From contig JBKAGE010000073.1 of the NCBI GenBank assembly GCA_046290225.1, positions 20,992 through 84,991 on the forward strand: a stretch of 64,000 nucleotides of DNA, written 5' to 3'. The position numbers and the translations under genes are program-made. Origin of the DNA: Bradymonadia bacterium (GTDB lineage: Bacteria; Myxococcota_A; Bradymonadia; UBA7976; UBA1532). Positions 55,618 to 64,000 of the stretch are shown in pieces (within the stretch, counting starts at the first letter, position 1; each line of letters begins with the position of its first letter). The notes below the pieces were generated by a model that was not told the DNA's origin, did not search any database, and saw nothing but the letters and a program-made list of their open reading frames with translations.

Positions 55618-58600
55618 TCAGCTCGGGGCGGTGAGGGTGGCCAGCCGGTGCTGTACGTCGAGGAAGTCACCCTGGCCGTCTTCGACGATGGCGAGCAACA
55701 ACTCGGCAGCCTCGTCGGGCTGGCCCATGGCCTCAGCAGCATTGGCCATGTCGTATCGGATCGCCGCCCGGACTTCAGGGTGCTCGGACGACTCGAGGGC
55801 TTGTCCCAATACTTCGAGGGCCTGGGCGCTGTCACCGGACTCGAGGTGGCACAGGCCCGTGAGGCGCAGGGCTTCGGGGCGGCGCTCCGGTGCCTTGGCT
55901 GCCAGAGCGAACTGTTCGATGGCCTTGCTGTAGCGACCCATCTCTTTGAAGGCCACCCCGAGATCGAAGTGCGCTTCTGCCTCGTCTTCCGACAAGTCAG
56001 AGACCTGAGCGCCCGGCGCTGTACTGCCCGTGCTCGATGGCGTCGAAGTGGTTGCGCCGAGCCGATCGAGCATGGTCTGCAGCATGCTGTGGCCCGGGTG
56101 TGACGCGGCCAACTCGTCGTACAAGGCCTGAGCATCTGTACGCAGGTCCGACTCCATGAGGAATTCGAACTCTTCGAGTTCACCGGTGAGATCGGCCTCT
56201 GGTGGGGGTGTCTCGTCGGGGAGATCGAGAGCGATGTCTCCGAGAAGATCATCGCCCGGCTCTGGCTCTGGCTCTGGCTCCGGTGAGGGGGCTGGAGCGG
56301 GTGCCTGGGGTGCATCTTCGAAGTCTTCGTCGTCGAAGACTGGCAGCTCGAACTCTCTCAGCTCGAGAGACTGGTCTTGCAAATCGTCATCTTCGACATC
56401 TTCATCGGCCTCGGGGCGCTCGACGACCAGCTGGACCAGCGGTGCCGCCTCGGCATGTTGAATCAGCGGCATGCCCTCTTCGGGCAGGTCGACTGAATCG
56501 TCGGGGACATCCAGAGGGGCAGGATCTTCTTCTGGTTCGAGGCGCAAGGCGGCTTGCTGGCTACTGGTTTCGAGCAACACATCGAGATCGACGACGTCGT
56601 CGTCCTCGAAGCGGCTGGAAACCGAAGCGGGCATGAAGTCTGCCGAGGCCTCGGGGGGCAGAGCAGGGGGCGCAGGCGGCGGAGGAGGTGCTGCGGCCAC
56701 CTCTGGCTCGTCGACGAGTTCGATGAGATCATCATCGAGCAGCTCGATCTCTTCAAAGTCCTCGAAGTCGTCATCTTCGATGCTGCTGTCTTCGATGTCG
56801 CCGTCTTCACCCGCCTGGGCGTGCACTGCGTCATCGGCCTGCTCGGCTGCCATTGGAGCAGGCGTCGTCTCAGGCCGCTCGACATTAGGCACCCCAAAGG
56901 TGGGGGCATCGACACTGGAGTCCTCAATGTCAGGCGTCTCGGCCCCAGAAGCATCATCTCCAGTGGCGCTCTCGCCAGTGGCATCATCCTCCGATTGTGC
57001 AGCCTCGGGATCGGCCTGAGGCGCACTCTCTGTGGAGAGCCCCAGTGCCGATGCCATTTCGGGCGCCTGCTCGATCGAGGGCTCGTCCGTGGCGAGGGGC
57101 ACGTCGGTGAGGGCGTCGACCTGCATGGTGGCGCCAGAGTCCGCTTCAGGCTCAGAAACCCCTTGCTCAGGGCCGATGCTCGAATCGTCACCGGCCAGCG
57201 TTTCAGCAGGGTGCTCGGTGCCGAGGGGATCGCCTTCGAAGAGAGGTTGGTCTCTACCGGGAGAGGGCGCCTCAGGGGCTTCTGGCTCCGCTGTGAAGGG
57301 CTCGGCTTCGGGATCCTCGAGGACCGTACCGGGCTCATCGAGGGCAGGGGCATTCACTGCCTCGATATGATCTACGGGCGGTGGCTGCTCGGGCTCGTCG
57401 AAGTCAGCGAAGGCCGCATCCAGGGCTGCATCGTCATCATCAGGGGCCGGGCTCGCCGTTGAGCTCAGGCCGGCAATGCCCACGTCGATGCCTTCGAGCA
57501 CTTCGACGTCCACGTCGAGATCGAGGGCGGTGCCCATGGGGTTTTCTTCGAGGAGCGCAGAGAACTGATCAGCGTCGAGGGAGATGTCTTCGAGCAGCTC
57601 ATCATCTTCGTCGCCGAGATCGTCGAAGAGGTCACCATTTGGCCCCGCCTCATCGCCAAAGGCGAAGCCGTCGTCGAAGAGCCCGGCCTCGTCGAAGGCA
57701 TTGGCGTCGATGGCCTCGGTCTCGTCGATGTTTCGAGTGGGCCCTGCCCCCGTCTCGGCACCTGCTGCCAGCCCGGGCTCGGGGGTGAGGTCCACCAGTG
57801 AGCCATCAGGCAAGCCTGAGCCCGGCTCAGGGGTAAGATCCACGAGGGAGCCGTCAGGCACATTGGGCACCGGTGTAGGCGCCGGCTGTGGGCCGCGGGG
57901 TCCCAGATCGAGGATCACATCTCCAAAGCTGTCCTCACCTGTGAGCTGGGTGTCGGAGATGGGGGTGGGGCTGAGCGCAACCCGCTGCTGAGGAGGCCCT
58001 GCAGGCTCTGGTGGGAACATCGTGCCCGATGTTGAGCCCGGCCGTGCCTCGACCGGCGCATCTACAGGTGCGCCGAGACTCTCAAGCCATGCGCGAGCCT
58101 CTACGTGATCCGGATCCAGGGCCAGGATCTCGCGCATCAAGATGATCTGATGATCCTGCTCCGATTGAGACAGGTGGCGGGCGATGCGTGCATAGATGTC
58201 GATGACTCGGGGCCGATGCCCGGAGTGTTGGGCCAGCTGACGAAGCTGACCTCTGACCTGAGGATGGCTCGGATCGAGCTCGAGGGCCTGCTCGAGCTGC
58301 TCCGCGGCCTTCTCGACTAGGTTGTATTTGAGGAAGATCTCCGCGTCGCCGAGCATGCGGGTGATCTCTTCTGATGCAGAGGACACCCCCTCGGCGATGC
58401 TGCTTGAGTGCTCCTGATCGAGCAACTCCACGTCGGGCAGATCACGTGGCCCCTGATGGCTGGGCTGAGGGGCCGAGAGGATGGGGGCCGCGACACCAGG
58501 GCCAGTGGACTCGCCGAGCATGCGCCGGGCGTCGCGGTGCTCGGGGGAGATCTCCAGGATCTTGCGACAGACCGCTTGGACTTCACCTTCGTCGCCGGCG

Positions 58601-59400
58601 AGATCGTGCAGGCGCACGAGCTCCTGGTAGACCGAGACAGCCTTGCCGTGTTGTCCGAGGGCGAGGAAGGCCTCTGCGAGCATCTGGAGCGTGAGCGTGT
58701 CTCGGGGATCGGTCTTGAAGACCGACTGCAACCGGGCGAGGGCCCGCTTTGCATCTCCACGTTTCAGGTAGACCGCTGCGAGTCGACGCTGCACGTGGGT
58801 GTCGCCCGGTGACAAGAACAGCAGGCGCTCGCCCACCTGAACATATTCGTCGAACCGCTCTCGCTCGTGGAGCTGCTCCAGCACCCGTCGAAGTTCTTCT
58901 GCGGCGAGGTTGCGATCTTCGCTGCGTACGTGGGCCTCGGCGAGGCGAATACGGGCTGCGATGTCATCGGGGGCGAGCTCGACGATCTTCTGCTGGAGCT
59001 GGAGGCTGTCCCGGCGAAGCCCCTGCCGCTCGTAATGACCCAGAACCACCTGGTACTGCCCGATGGCGTCGGGCACGAGGCCCAGGTGCACGTAGATCTC
59101 GGCGAGCTTGAGGTTGGCGTCGAAGAGGGTGGGGTTCACCCCCAACATCTGTTTGTAGACCGACGCTGCTTTGAGGAAGAAACCCTTCGAGCGGTAGTAA
59201 CCACCCGCTTTTTCGAGGGCCTCAAGGGCCTGCGTGCGGTCGCCCTTCTGCTTGTGGAGATCTGCGACTTTGAGCCAGATGCCAGCGTCTTGAGGATCAT
59301 CCTCGAGCAGGAGCATGTACTCCTTGATGGCTTTGTCCAGCTGCCCCTTCTCAGCATACCGCTGAGCGTTGGCGGTCACCTTGAGCTTATTGATCGCCAT
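55618..59400 (-). CDS. Large TPR protein, SgmX-like (type IV pilus motility regulator)
   Basis: N-terminal TPRs (GFFLKAASVYKQML), long acidic linker, C-terminal HFDLGVAFKEMG TPR. Position downstream of efp in the pilQ locus matches M. xanthus. Confidence 0.75.
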   Translation of the reverse strand: MAINKLKVTANAQRYAEKGQLDKAIKEYMLLLEDDPQDAGIWLKVADLHKQKGDRTQALEALEKAGGYYRSKGFFLKAASVYKQMLGVNPTLFDANLKLAEIYVHLGLVPDAIGQYQVVLGHYERQGLRRDSLQLQQKIVELAPDDIAARIRLAEAHVRSEDRNLAAEELRRVLEQLHERERFDEYVQVGERLLFLSPGDTHVQRRLAAVYLKRGDAKRALARLQSVFKTDPRDTLTLQMLAEAFLALGQHGKAVSVYQELVRLHDLAGDEGEVQAVCRKILEISPEHRDARRMLGESTGPGVAAPILSAPQPSHQGPRDLPDVELLDQEHSSSIAEGVSSASEEITRMLGDAEIFLKYNLVEKAAEQLEQALELDPSHPQVRGQLRQLAQHSGHRPRVIDIYARIARHLSQSEQDHQIILMREILALDPDHVEARAWLESLGAPVDAPVEARPGSTSGTMFPPEPAGPPQQRVALSPTPISDTQLTGEDSFGDVILDLGPRGPQPAPTPVPNVPDGSLVDLTPEPGSGLPDGSLVDLTPEPGLAAGAETGAGPTRNIDETEAIDANAFDEAGLFDDGFAFGDEAGPNGDLFDDLGDEDDELLEDISLDADQFSALLEENPMGTALDLDVDVEVLEGIDVGIAGLSSTASPAPDDDDAALDAAFADFDEPEQPPPVDHIEAVNAPALDEPGTVLEDPEAEPFTAEPEAPEAPSPGRDQPLFEGDPLGTEHPAETLAGDDSSIGPEQGVSEPEADSGATMQVDALTDVPLATDEPSIEQAPEMASALGLSTESAPQADPEAAQSEDDATGESATGDDASGAETPDIEDSSVDAPTFGVPNVERPETTPAPMAAEQADDAVHAQAGEDGDIEDSSIEDDDFEDFEEIELLDDDLIELVDEPEVAAAPPPPPAPPALPPEASADFMPASVSSRFEDDDVVDLDVLLETSSQQAALRLEPEEDPAPLDVPDDSVDLPEEGMPLIQHAEAAPLVQLVVERPEADEDVEDDDLQDQSLELREFELPVFDDEDFEDAPQAPAPAPSPEPEPEPEPGDDLLGDIALDLPDETPPPEADLTGELEEFEFLMESDLRTDAQALYDELAASHPGHSMLQTMLDRLGATTSTPSSTGSTAPGAQVSDLSEDEAEAHFDLGVAFKEMGRYSKAIEQFALAAKAPERRPEALRLTGLCHLESGDSAQALEVLGQALESSEHPEVRAAIRYDMANAAEAMGQPDEAAELLLAIVEDGQGDFLDVQHRLATLTAPS

Positions 59401-59482
59401 TCGAGTTCGGGCTCCGGGCCATCAAAGGGTAAGCGTGAAGCGCTGAGGCGCAGCGTTCACTTCAAGTGAGCACATGGGGTGT

Positions 59483-60043
59483 TCACTTCACTCGAGTGTT
59501 GTACTCACCGGTGCGGGTGTCCACCTTGATGACCTCGCCCTCCTCGACGAAGAGGGGCACCTGGACCACGGCGCCGGTCTCGAGGGTGGCGGGCTTGGAG
59601 CCGCCCTGAGCGGTGTCACCGCGGACCCCGGGATCACACTGGGTGATGAGCAGCTCGACGAAGTTGGGCAGATCGACGTCCACAGGCCGGTCGTTGTAGA
59701 GCAGCACGCTGACGGTGATGTTCTCTTTGAGCCACTTGGCCTTGTCGCCGAGGTCTTCCATGGTCACCGCCACCTGCTCGTAGGTTTTGTTGTCCATGAA
59801 GTGCCAGGCCTCGCCGTCGCTGTAGAGCACCTGCATGTCGACGTCGTTCACGTCGGGCTTGCCCACCTTGTCGCCAGAGCGGAAGTTGATGTCCACCACG
59901 CGGCCGTCGAGCAGGTTCTTGATCTTGGTCTTGGCGAAGGCCACACCCTTGCCGGGCTTCACATGCTGGGTTTCGACGATGATCCACAGGCTGCCTTCGT
60001 ACTCGATCTTCAGGCCCTTGCGGAATTCATTGGTCTGGTACAT
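59483..60043 (-). CDS. efp: Elongation factor P
   Basis: HVKPGKG, PGVRGDT, KPATLETG, VPLFV, DTRTGEY. Confidence 0.98.
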   Translation of the reverse strand: MYQTNEFRKGLKIEYEGSLWIIVETQHVKPGKGVAFAKTKIKNLLDGRVVDINFRSGDKVGKPDVNDVDMQVLYSDGEAWHFMDNKTYEQVAVTMEDLGDKAKWLKENITVSVLLYNDRPVDVDLPNFVELLITQCDPGVRGDTAQGGSKPATLETGAVVQVPLFVEEGEVIKVDTRTGEYNTRVK

Positions 60044-60128
60044 CGCGGGTGTCTCTTCTCGCCGAACGAACGGCGTGATCTCGTTCTAGAGGTTGGGGTC
60101 TTCGATTTGAGGTCGTAAACCCGGGAAA

Positions 60129-60587
60129 TCAGGGGCTCCCGCCCGTGAGGCCGTCGAGGTGACGACACATGGCCTGCAGCGCGAGGGTGTACCCCATGGG
60201 GCCCAGGCCGCTGATGGTGCCCAGGGCGATGTCAGACATCAAGGACTGATGTCGGAAGGACTCTCTCGCCGCGGGCTGGCTGAGGTGCACCTCGATGAAC
60301 GGCAGCGGCCGAACCCCGAGCAGGGCGTCTCTGAGCGCCACGCTGGTGTGCGTGTATCCGCCGGGGTTGAAGACCAGGCCACCATGCACCCCTCGAGCGT
60401 GATGAATGAACTCGATGAGATCACCCTCGTGGTTGCTCTGCTCACAGGTGATCTCCACCCCGTGCTCCTGACCCCAGGTGACCCACTGGCCCTCGAGATC
60501 TTCGAGGGTGTCCGCGCCGTAGATCTCCGGCTCGCGTTGTCCGAGCAGATCGAGGTTCGGGCCGTTGAGGATGAGGATGCGGTGCAT
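60129..60587 (-). CDS. aroQ: Type II 3-dehydroquinate dehydratase
   Basis: LNGPNLDLLG.REPEIYG, QSNHEG, NPGGYTHTSVALRD, EVHLS. Confidence 0.97.
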   Translation of the reverse strand: MHRILILNGPNLDLLGQREPEIYGADTLEDLEGQWVTWGQEHGVEITCEQSNHEGDLIEFIHHARGVHGGLVFNPGGYTHTSVALRDALLGVRPLPFIEVHLSQPAARESFRHQSLMSDIALGTISGLGPMGYTLALQAMCRHLDGLTGGSP

Positions 60588-60617
60588 GGAACTCCTGGAG
60601 GATCTCCCGAGGGGGTT

Positions 60618-60971
60618 TTAAAGGACCCGAGCCAGATCAGGTGCGGCGACGCGCAGGGCCAGCCGCGCCTTGCCCACGATGGCCTCCGGGCCGACCCGCA
60701 GGGCTACGAGGTAGCGGTTGCTCAGCCGACGCACCAGGGTGGTGCCCTGATCTCCGTCGACGGTGAGCTCCTCCAGAGCACCGATGCCGAGGGCATCGGT
60801 GGCCCCCATCAACTGCTCGAGGATGTTGGCGTATGCCTCGGGATCAGCAGGCGTGCGGTGCCCGGCGCCGTCGACGGCCTCGATGGTGAGACCGTCGAGG
60901 TTGAAGACTGCCACCGAGAGGGTGTGCTCCACCTGCTGGGCGATTTTGGACAGAGTGGGGATCAGGACCAT
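60618..60971 (-). CDS. Roadblock/LC7 domain protein, MglC-like
   Basis: DGLTIE...LEELTV...YLVAL...IVGKARLALR pattern. Position in the pilQ-efp locus. Confidence 0.75.
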   Translation of the reverse strand: MVLIPTLSKIAQQVEHTLSVAVFNLDGLTIEAVDGAGHRTPADPEAYANILEQLMGATDALGIGALEELTVDGDQGTTLVRRLSNRYLVALRVGPEAIVGKARLALRVAAPDLARVL

Positions 60972-61013
60972 GGTGTCGCTGTTCTAACTTCCACCTGGAA
61001 ACCTTGTCAATTC

Positions 61014-61886
61014 TCAGAAACCCGTGGAGGGCTCACACAGCTGAGCGGAGAGGGGGGTCGCAGGCTGGCTCTTGCAGACTCGGCAGTCCACTGCGAGATC
61101 CTGGCCGACGAGGTTGGGACAGGCGATGCTGCTGTTGTCGAAAGAGAAAGGATCGAAGCGCAGGCAGTTGGGCGTGGGCGCCGCAGGGTCTACAGCGGTG
61201 TTGGGCACGGTGACCAGACAGCCATTGCAGATGTCGATGGGGAACAAGAACTCGTTCGATTCCTGATCCTGCCCACCGACGGTGGTGCCGAAGACCTTCA
61301 CGCCCACCACCATCTCCACGGTGTTGCGCAATGGCACCGCTTCGCCTTGGGCGCCGACGCCGAGGAACTCGTCGGAGTTCCGGATGGCCGACAGCAGCTC
61401 GTCATTGAACACCTCGAGGCCCACGGTGGTGCTGCCCACGGTGTTGGCGGCCGAGGTGGCCACAGAGCCGCTCAGGGGCAGCTCGACCTTCGAAGGCAAG
61501 GTCACTGAGAGACGCTCCTGAGGCAGATAACGCACCTCGGCGCGCTTGAGGATGATGTTGCTGGTGTTGGTCCGTGCCGCGGTGGGCTGAGTGAAGCCTT
61601 TGGCGGTGCGAAGGTCGGGCATGTTGTTGAAGACCACAGGGTACATCACGTAGGAGCGCGCCATGGACAGATCCACCGTGCCTCGGGTGAGGATGGGGGT
61701 GGTGGCGGTGATGGTCTGCGGGGGGGTGCAGGTGAAGTTGTTCACCGGCAACGCGAACTCCATGGTCATGGAGACATCCTGCTCGGCGCATCCGCTCGCC
61801 CACGTGGTGGCCAGGCCTGCGAAGAGCACAGCCCGGAGCCTTGAAGCGCTGCGGCTCGAGGTGCCGGGGAGGGTGAAACTGTTCAT
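61014..61886 (-). CDS. Lipoprotein conserved downstream of pilQ in myxobacteria
   Basis: Lipobox ASGC, VFGTTVGG...ESNEFLFPIDICNGCL, GQD motif. Confidence 0.7.
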   Translation of the reverse strand: MNSFTLPGTSSRSASRLRAVLFAGLATTWASGCAEQDVSMTMEFALPVNNFTCTPPQTITATTPILTRGTVDLSMARSYVMYPVVFNNMPDLRTAKGFTQPTAARTNTSNIILKRAEVRYLPQERLSVTLPSKVELPLSGSVATSAANTVGSTTVGLEVFNDELLSAIRNSDEFLGVGAQGEAVPLRNTVEMVVGVKVFGTTVGGQDQESNEFLFPIDICNGCLVTVPNTAVDPAAPTPNCLRFDPFSFDNSSIACPNLVGQDLAVDCRVCKSQPATPLSAQLCEPSTGF

Positions 61887-61912
61887 CTTTGGCTCTCCAT
61901 GATCATCACAGG

Positions 61913-63016
61913 TCAGGTCTGGGCCAACAGTCGGGCCATGCGGATGAGCTCGTCGACCGGGCAATCATACAACAAAGGTTGCCCTGGAGCAGTGAGGAGC
62001 ACCATCCGCAAGGATGTACCTCGTCGTTTTTTGTCGAGCCTGATCTTCTCCAAGACCGGACTCTGGATCCATTGTCGCCAGTTCACGGGCAGATCGCACG
62101 CCCTCAGAACCCTCTCCAACCGCTCGGCAAAGCCACCCTCGAGCAGCTTCAGGTGCTCGCTGAGGCGTGTCGCGAAGACCATGCCCAGAGCGACGGCCTC
62201 GCCGTGTGTCAGTGCACCATAGCCTGCAGAGGCTTCGATGGCGTGGCCGAGGGTGTGGCCGAAGTTCAAGATGGCCCTCCGGCCACCCTCCAATTCATCG
62301 GTTCGCACCACCTCTGCCTTGATCTTCACCGAGGGGCGGATGACCCGCCCCAGAGCATCAGGATCGCCGGCGCGCAGAGAGAGGGCGAGGGCCTCGATGT
62401 CGTCGAGCGCCGACGGATCGGCAATGACTGCATGTTTGATCACTTCAGCGAGGCCCGACTTCACCTGCCGGGGCTCGAGGGTGCTCAGATAGTCGGTGTC
62501 GATGAAGACGAAAGACGGTCGGTAGAAGGCGCCGATGAGGTTCTTGCCCAGCGGGTGGTTGTAGCCGGTCTTTCCACCGACGCTGGAGTCCACTTGAGAC
62601 AGCACGGTGGTGGGCACTTGCACCAGCGGCATACCGCGGAGAAGCGTCGCGGCCACGAACCCCGCGAGATCGCCGACGACACCACCACCAAGGGCCACCA
62701 CGGGGGTGCCGCGATCGACGCCGAATCTCAGCAGATCGCCATACAGCTGCTGCACTGTTTCGGCGTTCTTGTGCTGCTCACCTTCGGCGCAGGTCACCAC
62801 CTGCACCTCAGGGCCCATCTGCCGGACCGCAAAGGCCAGATCTTCTGTGTGCAGGCCCGCGACCCGGGTGTCGGTGATGATGCAGACGCGATCGCTTCGG
62901 GTGAGGGCGCTGATGCGGCCGGCGAGCTCGGTCAGAGCGCCTTGTCGAAAGTGGATCGGATATCCGCCCCCTTCGAACTTCAGGTGCAGTGTCTCGTCGC
63001 GGAGGAGGGCGCTCAT
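61913..63016 (-). CDS. aroB: 3-dehydroquinate synthase
   Basis: GGGVVGDLAGF, PTT...DSSVGGKTG, KNLIGAF, LNFGHTLGHAIE, HGEAV. Confidence 0.97.
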   Translation of the reverse strand: MSALLRDETLHLKFEGGGYPIHFRQGALTELAGRISALTRSDRVCIITDTRVAGLHTEDLAFAVRQMGPEVQVVTCAEGEQHKNAETVQQLYGDLLRFGVDRGTPVVALGGGVVGDLAGFVAATLLRGMPLVQVPTTVLSQVDSSVGGKTGYNHPLGKNLIGAFYRPSFVFIDTDYLSTLEPRQVKSGLAEVIKHAVIADPSALDDIEALALSLRAGDPDALGRVIRPSVKIKAEVVRTDELEGGRRAILNFGHTLGHAIEASAGYGALTHGEAVALGMVFATRLSEHLKLLEGGFAERLERVLRACDLPVNWRQWIQSPVLEKIRLDKKRRGTSLRMVLLTAPGQPLLYDCPVDELIRMARLLAQT

Positions 63017-63573
63017 CGACCGGCTGCCTCCACGCCTGGGGGGATCCCCCACGCCCACATCTGGCCCATCACCTGCTCAGCCACCCGAGCAGGGTCAGAG
63101 CCTTCGGTGTCCAGAAGGAGGTCAGCCTCGCTGTAGGCCCTGGCGCGCATGACGATCATCTCTCTCAAGACCTTGAGGCGCGCGGCTTCGGTGTCATGGC
63201 GTGCGAGCAGCGGGCGACTCGAGACGTCACCGATGCGCTTGAGCAACGTCGCCGGGCTTGCGGTGAGGGTGATCACTCTACAGCGGCCTTGGAGCAACTC
63301 CCGGTTGCGGAGATTGGTCACCGTGCCCCCGCCGAAGGCGATGATGCTCGGTGACGCGTCGAGGGCACTGGCGAGGGCTTCATGCTCCAAACGGCGAAAA
63401 ACGGCCTCGCCCTTCTCCGCGAAGATCGTCGGGATGTCACTGCCAGCCCGGGCTTCGATGCGTGCGTCGAGATCGACCAGAGGCCAGCCCTGACGTGTGG
63501 CCACGAGGGTGGCCACCGTGCTCTTTCCGGTGCCCATCATGCCCGAGAGGGCCACGTGGGGAAGCAGGGCCAT
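63013..63573 (-). CDS. aroK: Shikimate kinase
   Basis: GMMGTGKST, DLD, IFAEKGEAVFR, GGG, RPLL. Confidence 0.95.
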   Translation of the reverse strand: MALLPHVALSGMMGTGKSTVATLVATRQGWPLVDLDARIEARAGSDIPTIFAEKGEAVFRRLEHEALASALDASPSIIAFGGGTVTNLRNRELLQGRCRVITLTASPATLLKRIGDVSSRPLLARHDTEAARLKVLREMIVMRARAYSEADLLLDTEGSDPARVAEQVMGQMWAWGIPPGVEAAGR

Positions 63574-63576
63574 CGA

Positions 63577-64000
63577 TCAGGGCCCGGTCCGGACCGTGGC
63601 GGCGCTCTGGTTCACGATGCGGGGGGTGATGAAGATGAGCAGCTCGCTGCGCAGGTCGTTCGAGCTGGTGCGCTCGAAGAAGTACCCGATGATGGGAATC
63701 TTGGAGAAGAAAGGCACCGCGGACTGGCTGAAGCCGGAGTTGCGGGTGTAGATGCCGCCGATGACCGAGGTCTCGCCGTTGCGCAAGAGCACAGTGGTCT
63801 TCGAGGTCTTCCTCAAGATGGTGGGATCACCCTGGGCCCCGACATTGGTGAAGTCAGGGGAGTCGTTCTGGGTCTGCAGCTGCAGGTAGATGCTGCCATC
63901 TTGGGTGACGTGGGGCGTCACCTTCAAGCTGAGCACGGCGTCGACAAAGGTGGTCTGCACCCCTGCAGCGGTGAGCTGGCTGATGGGGATGCTGGTGCCT
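63577..64000 (-). CDS. pilQ: Type IV pilus secretin, C-terminal part (5' end outside the window)
   Basis: LKVTPHVT, GETSVIGGIY, VPFFSKIPIIGYFF, ELLIFITPRI. The pilQ-aroK-aroB order is classic. Confidence 0.92.
   Translation of the reverse strand, partial: GTSIPISQLTAAGVQTTFVDAVLSLKVTPHVTQDGSIYLQLQTQNDSPDFTNVGAQGDPTILRKTSKTTVLLRNGETSVIGGIYTRNSGFSQSAVPFFSKIPIIGYFFERTSSNDLRSELLIFITPRIVNQSAATVRTGP

Overview
This 64 kb window is GC-rich bacterial chromosome, most likely from Myxococcota: it carries a pilQ-aroK-aroB-lipoprotein-roadblock(MglC-like)-aroQ-efp-SgmX-like TPR locus and many Cys-lipoproteins. Most of it is housekeeping or metabolic (queC/queE, cysC, topB, ggt, DPP IV, coaA, phoD, trxA, GH13, PuuD-like, an MCP). 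The standout is 31.8-37.3 kb on the minus strand. There, a very large polymorphic-toxin-like gene encodes an annexin-like repeat, a hydrophobic membrane segment and five tandem 612-bp (204-aa) RelA/SpoT alarmone-synthetase domains. It is followed directly by a 73-aa candidate immunity gene. The fourth repeat is broken by many small deletions, probably unpolished consensus errors. Other points of note are an Rpn-like PD-(D/E)XK gene with a candidate internal antitoxin start, a degenerate ECF/anti-sigma-like pair, a (GGGCAC)n inverted-repeat element, two paralogous lipoproteins near the toxin, and a low-GC TPR lipoprotein gene missed by the ORF track. No rRNA, tRNA or CRISPR array was recognised. 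All family assignments come from motif recognition by eye, not from database searches.
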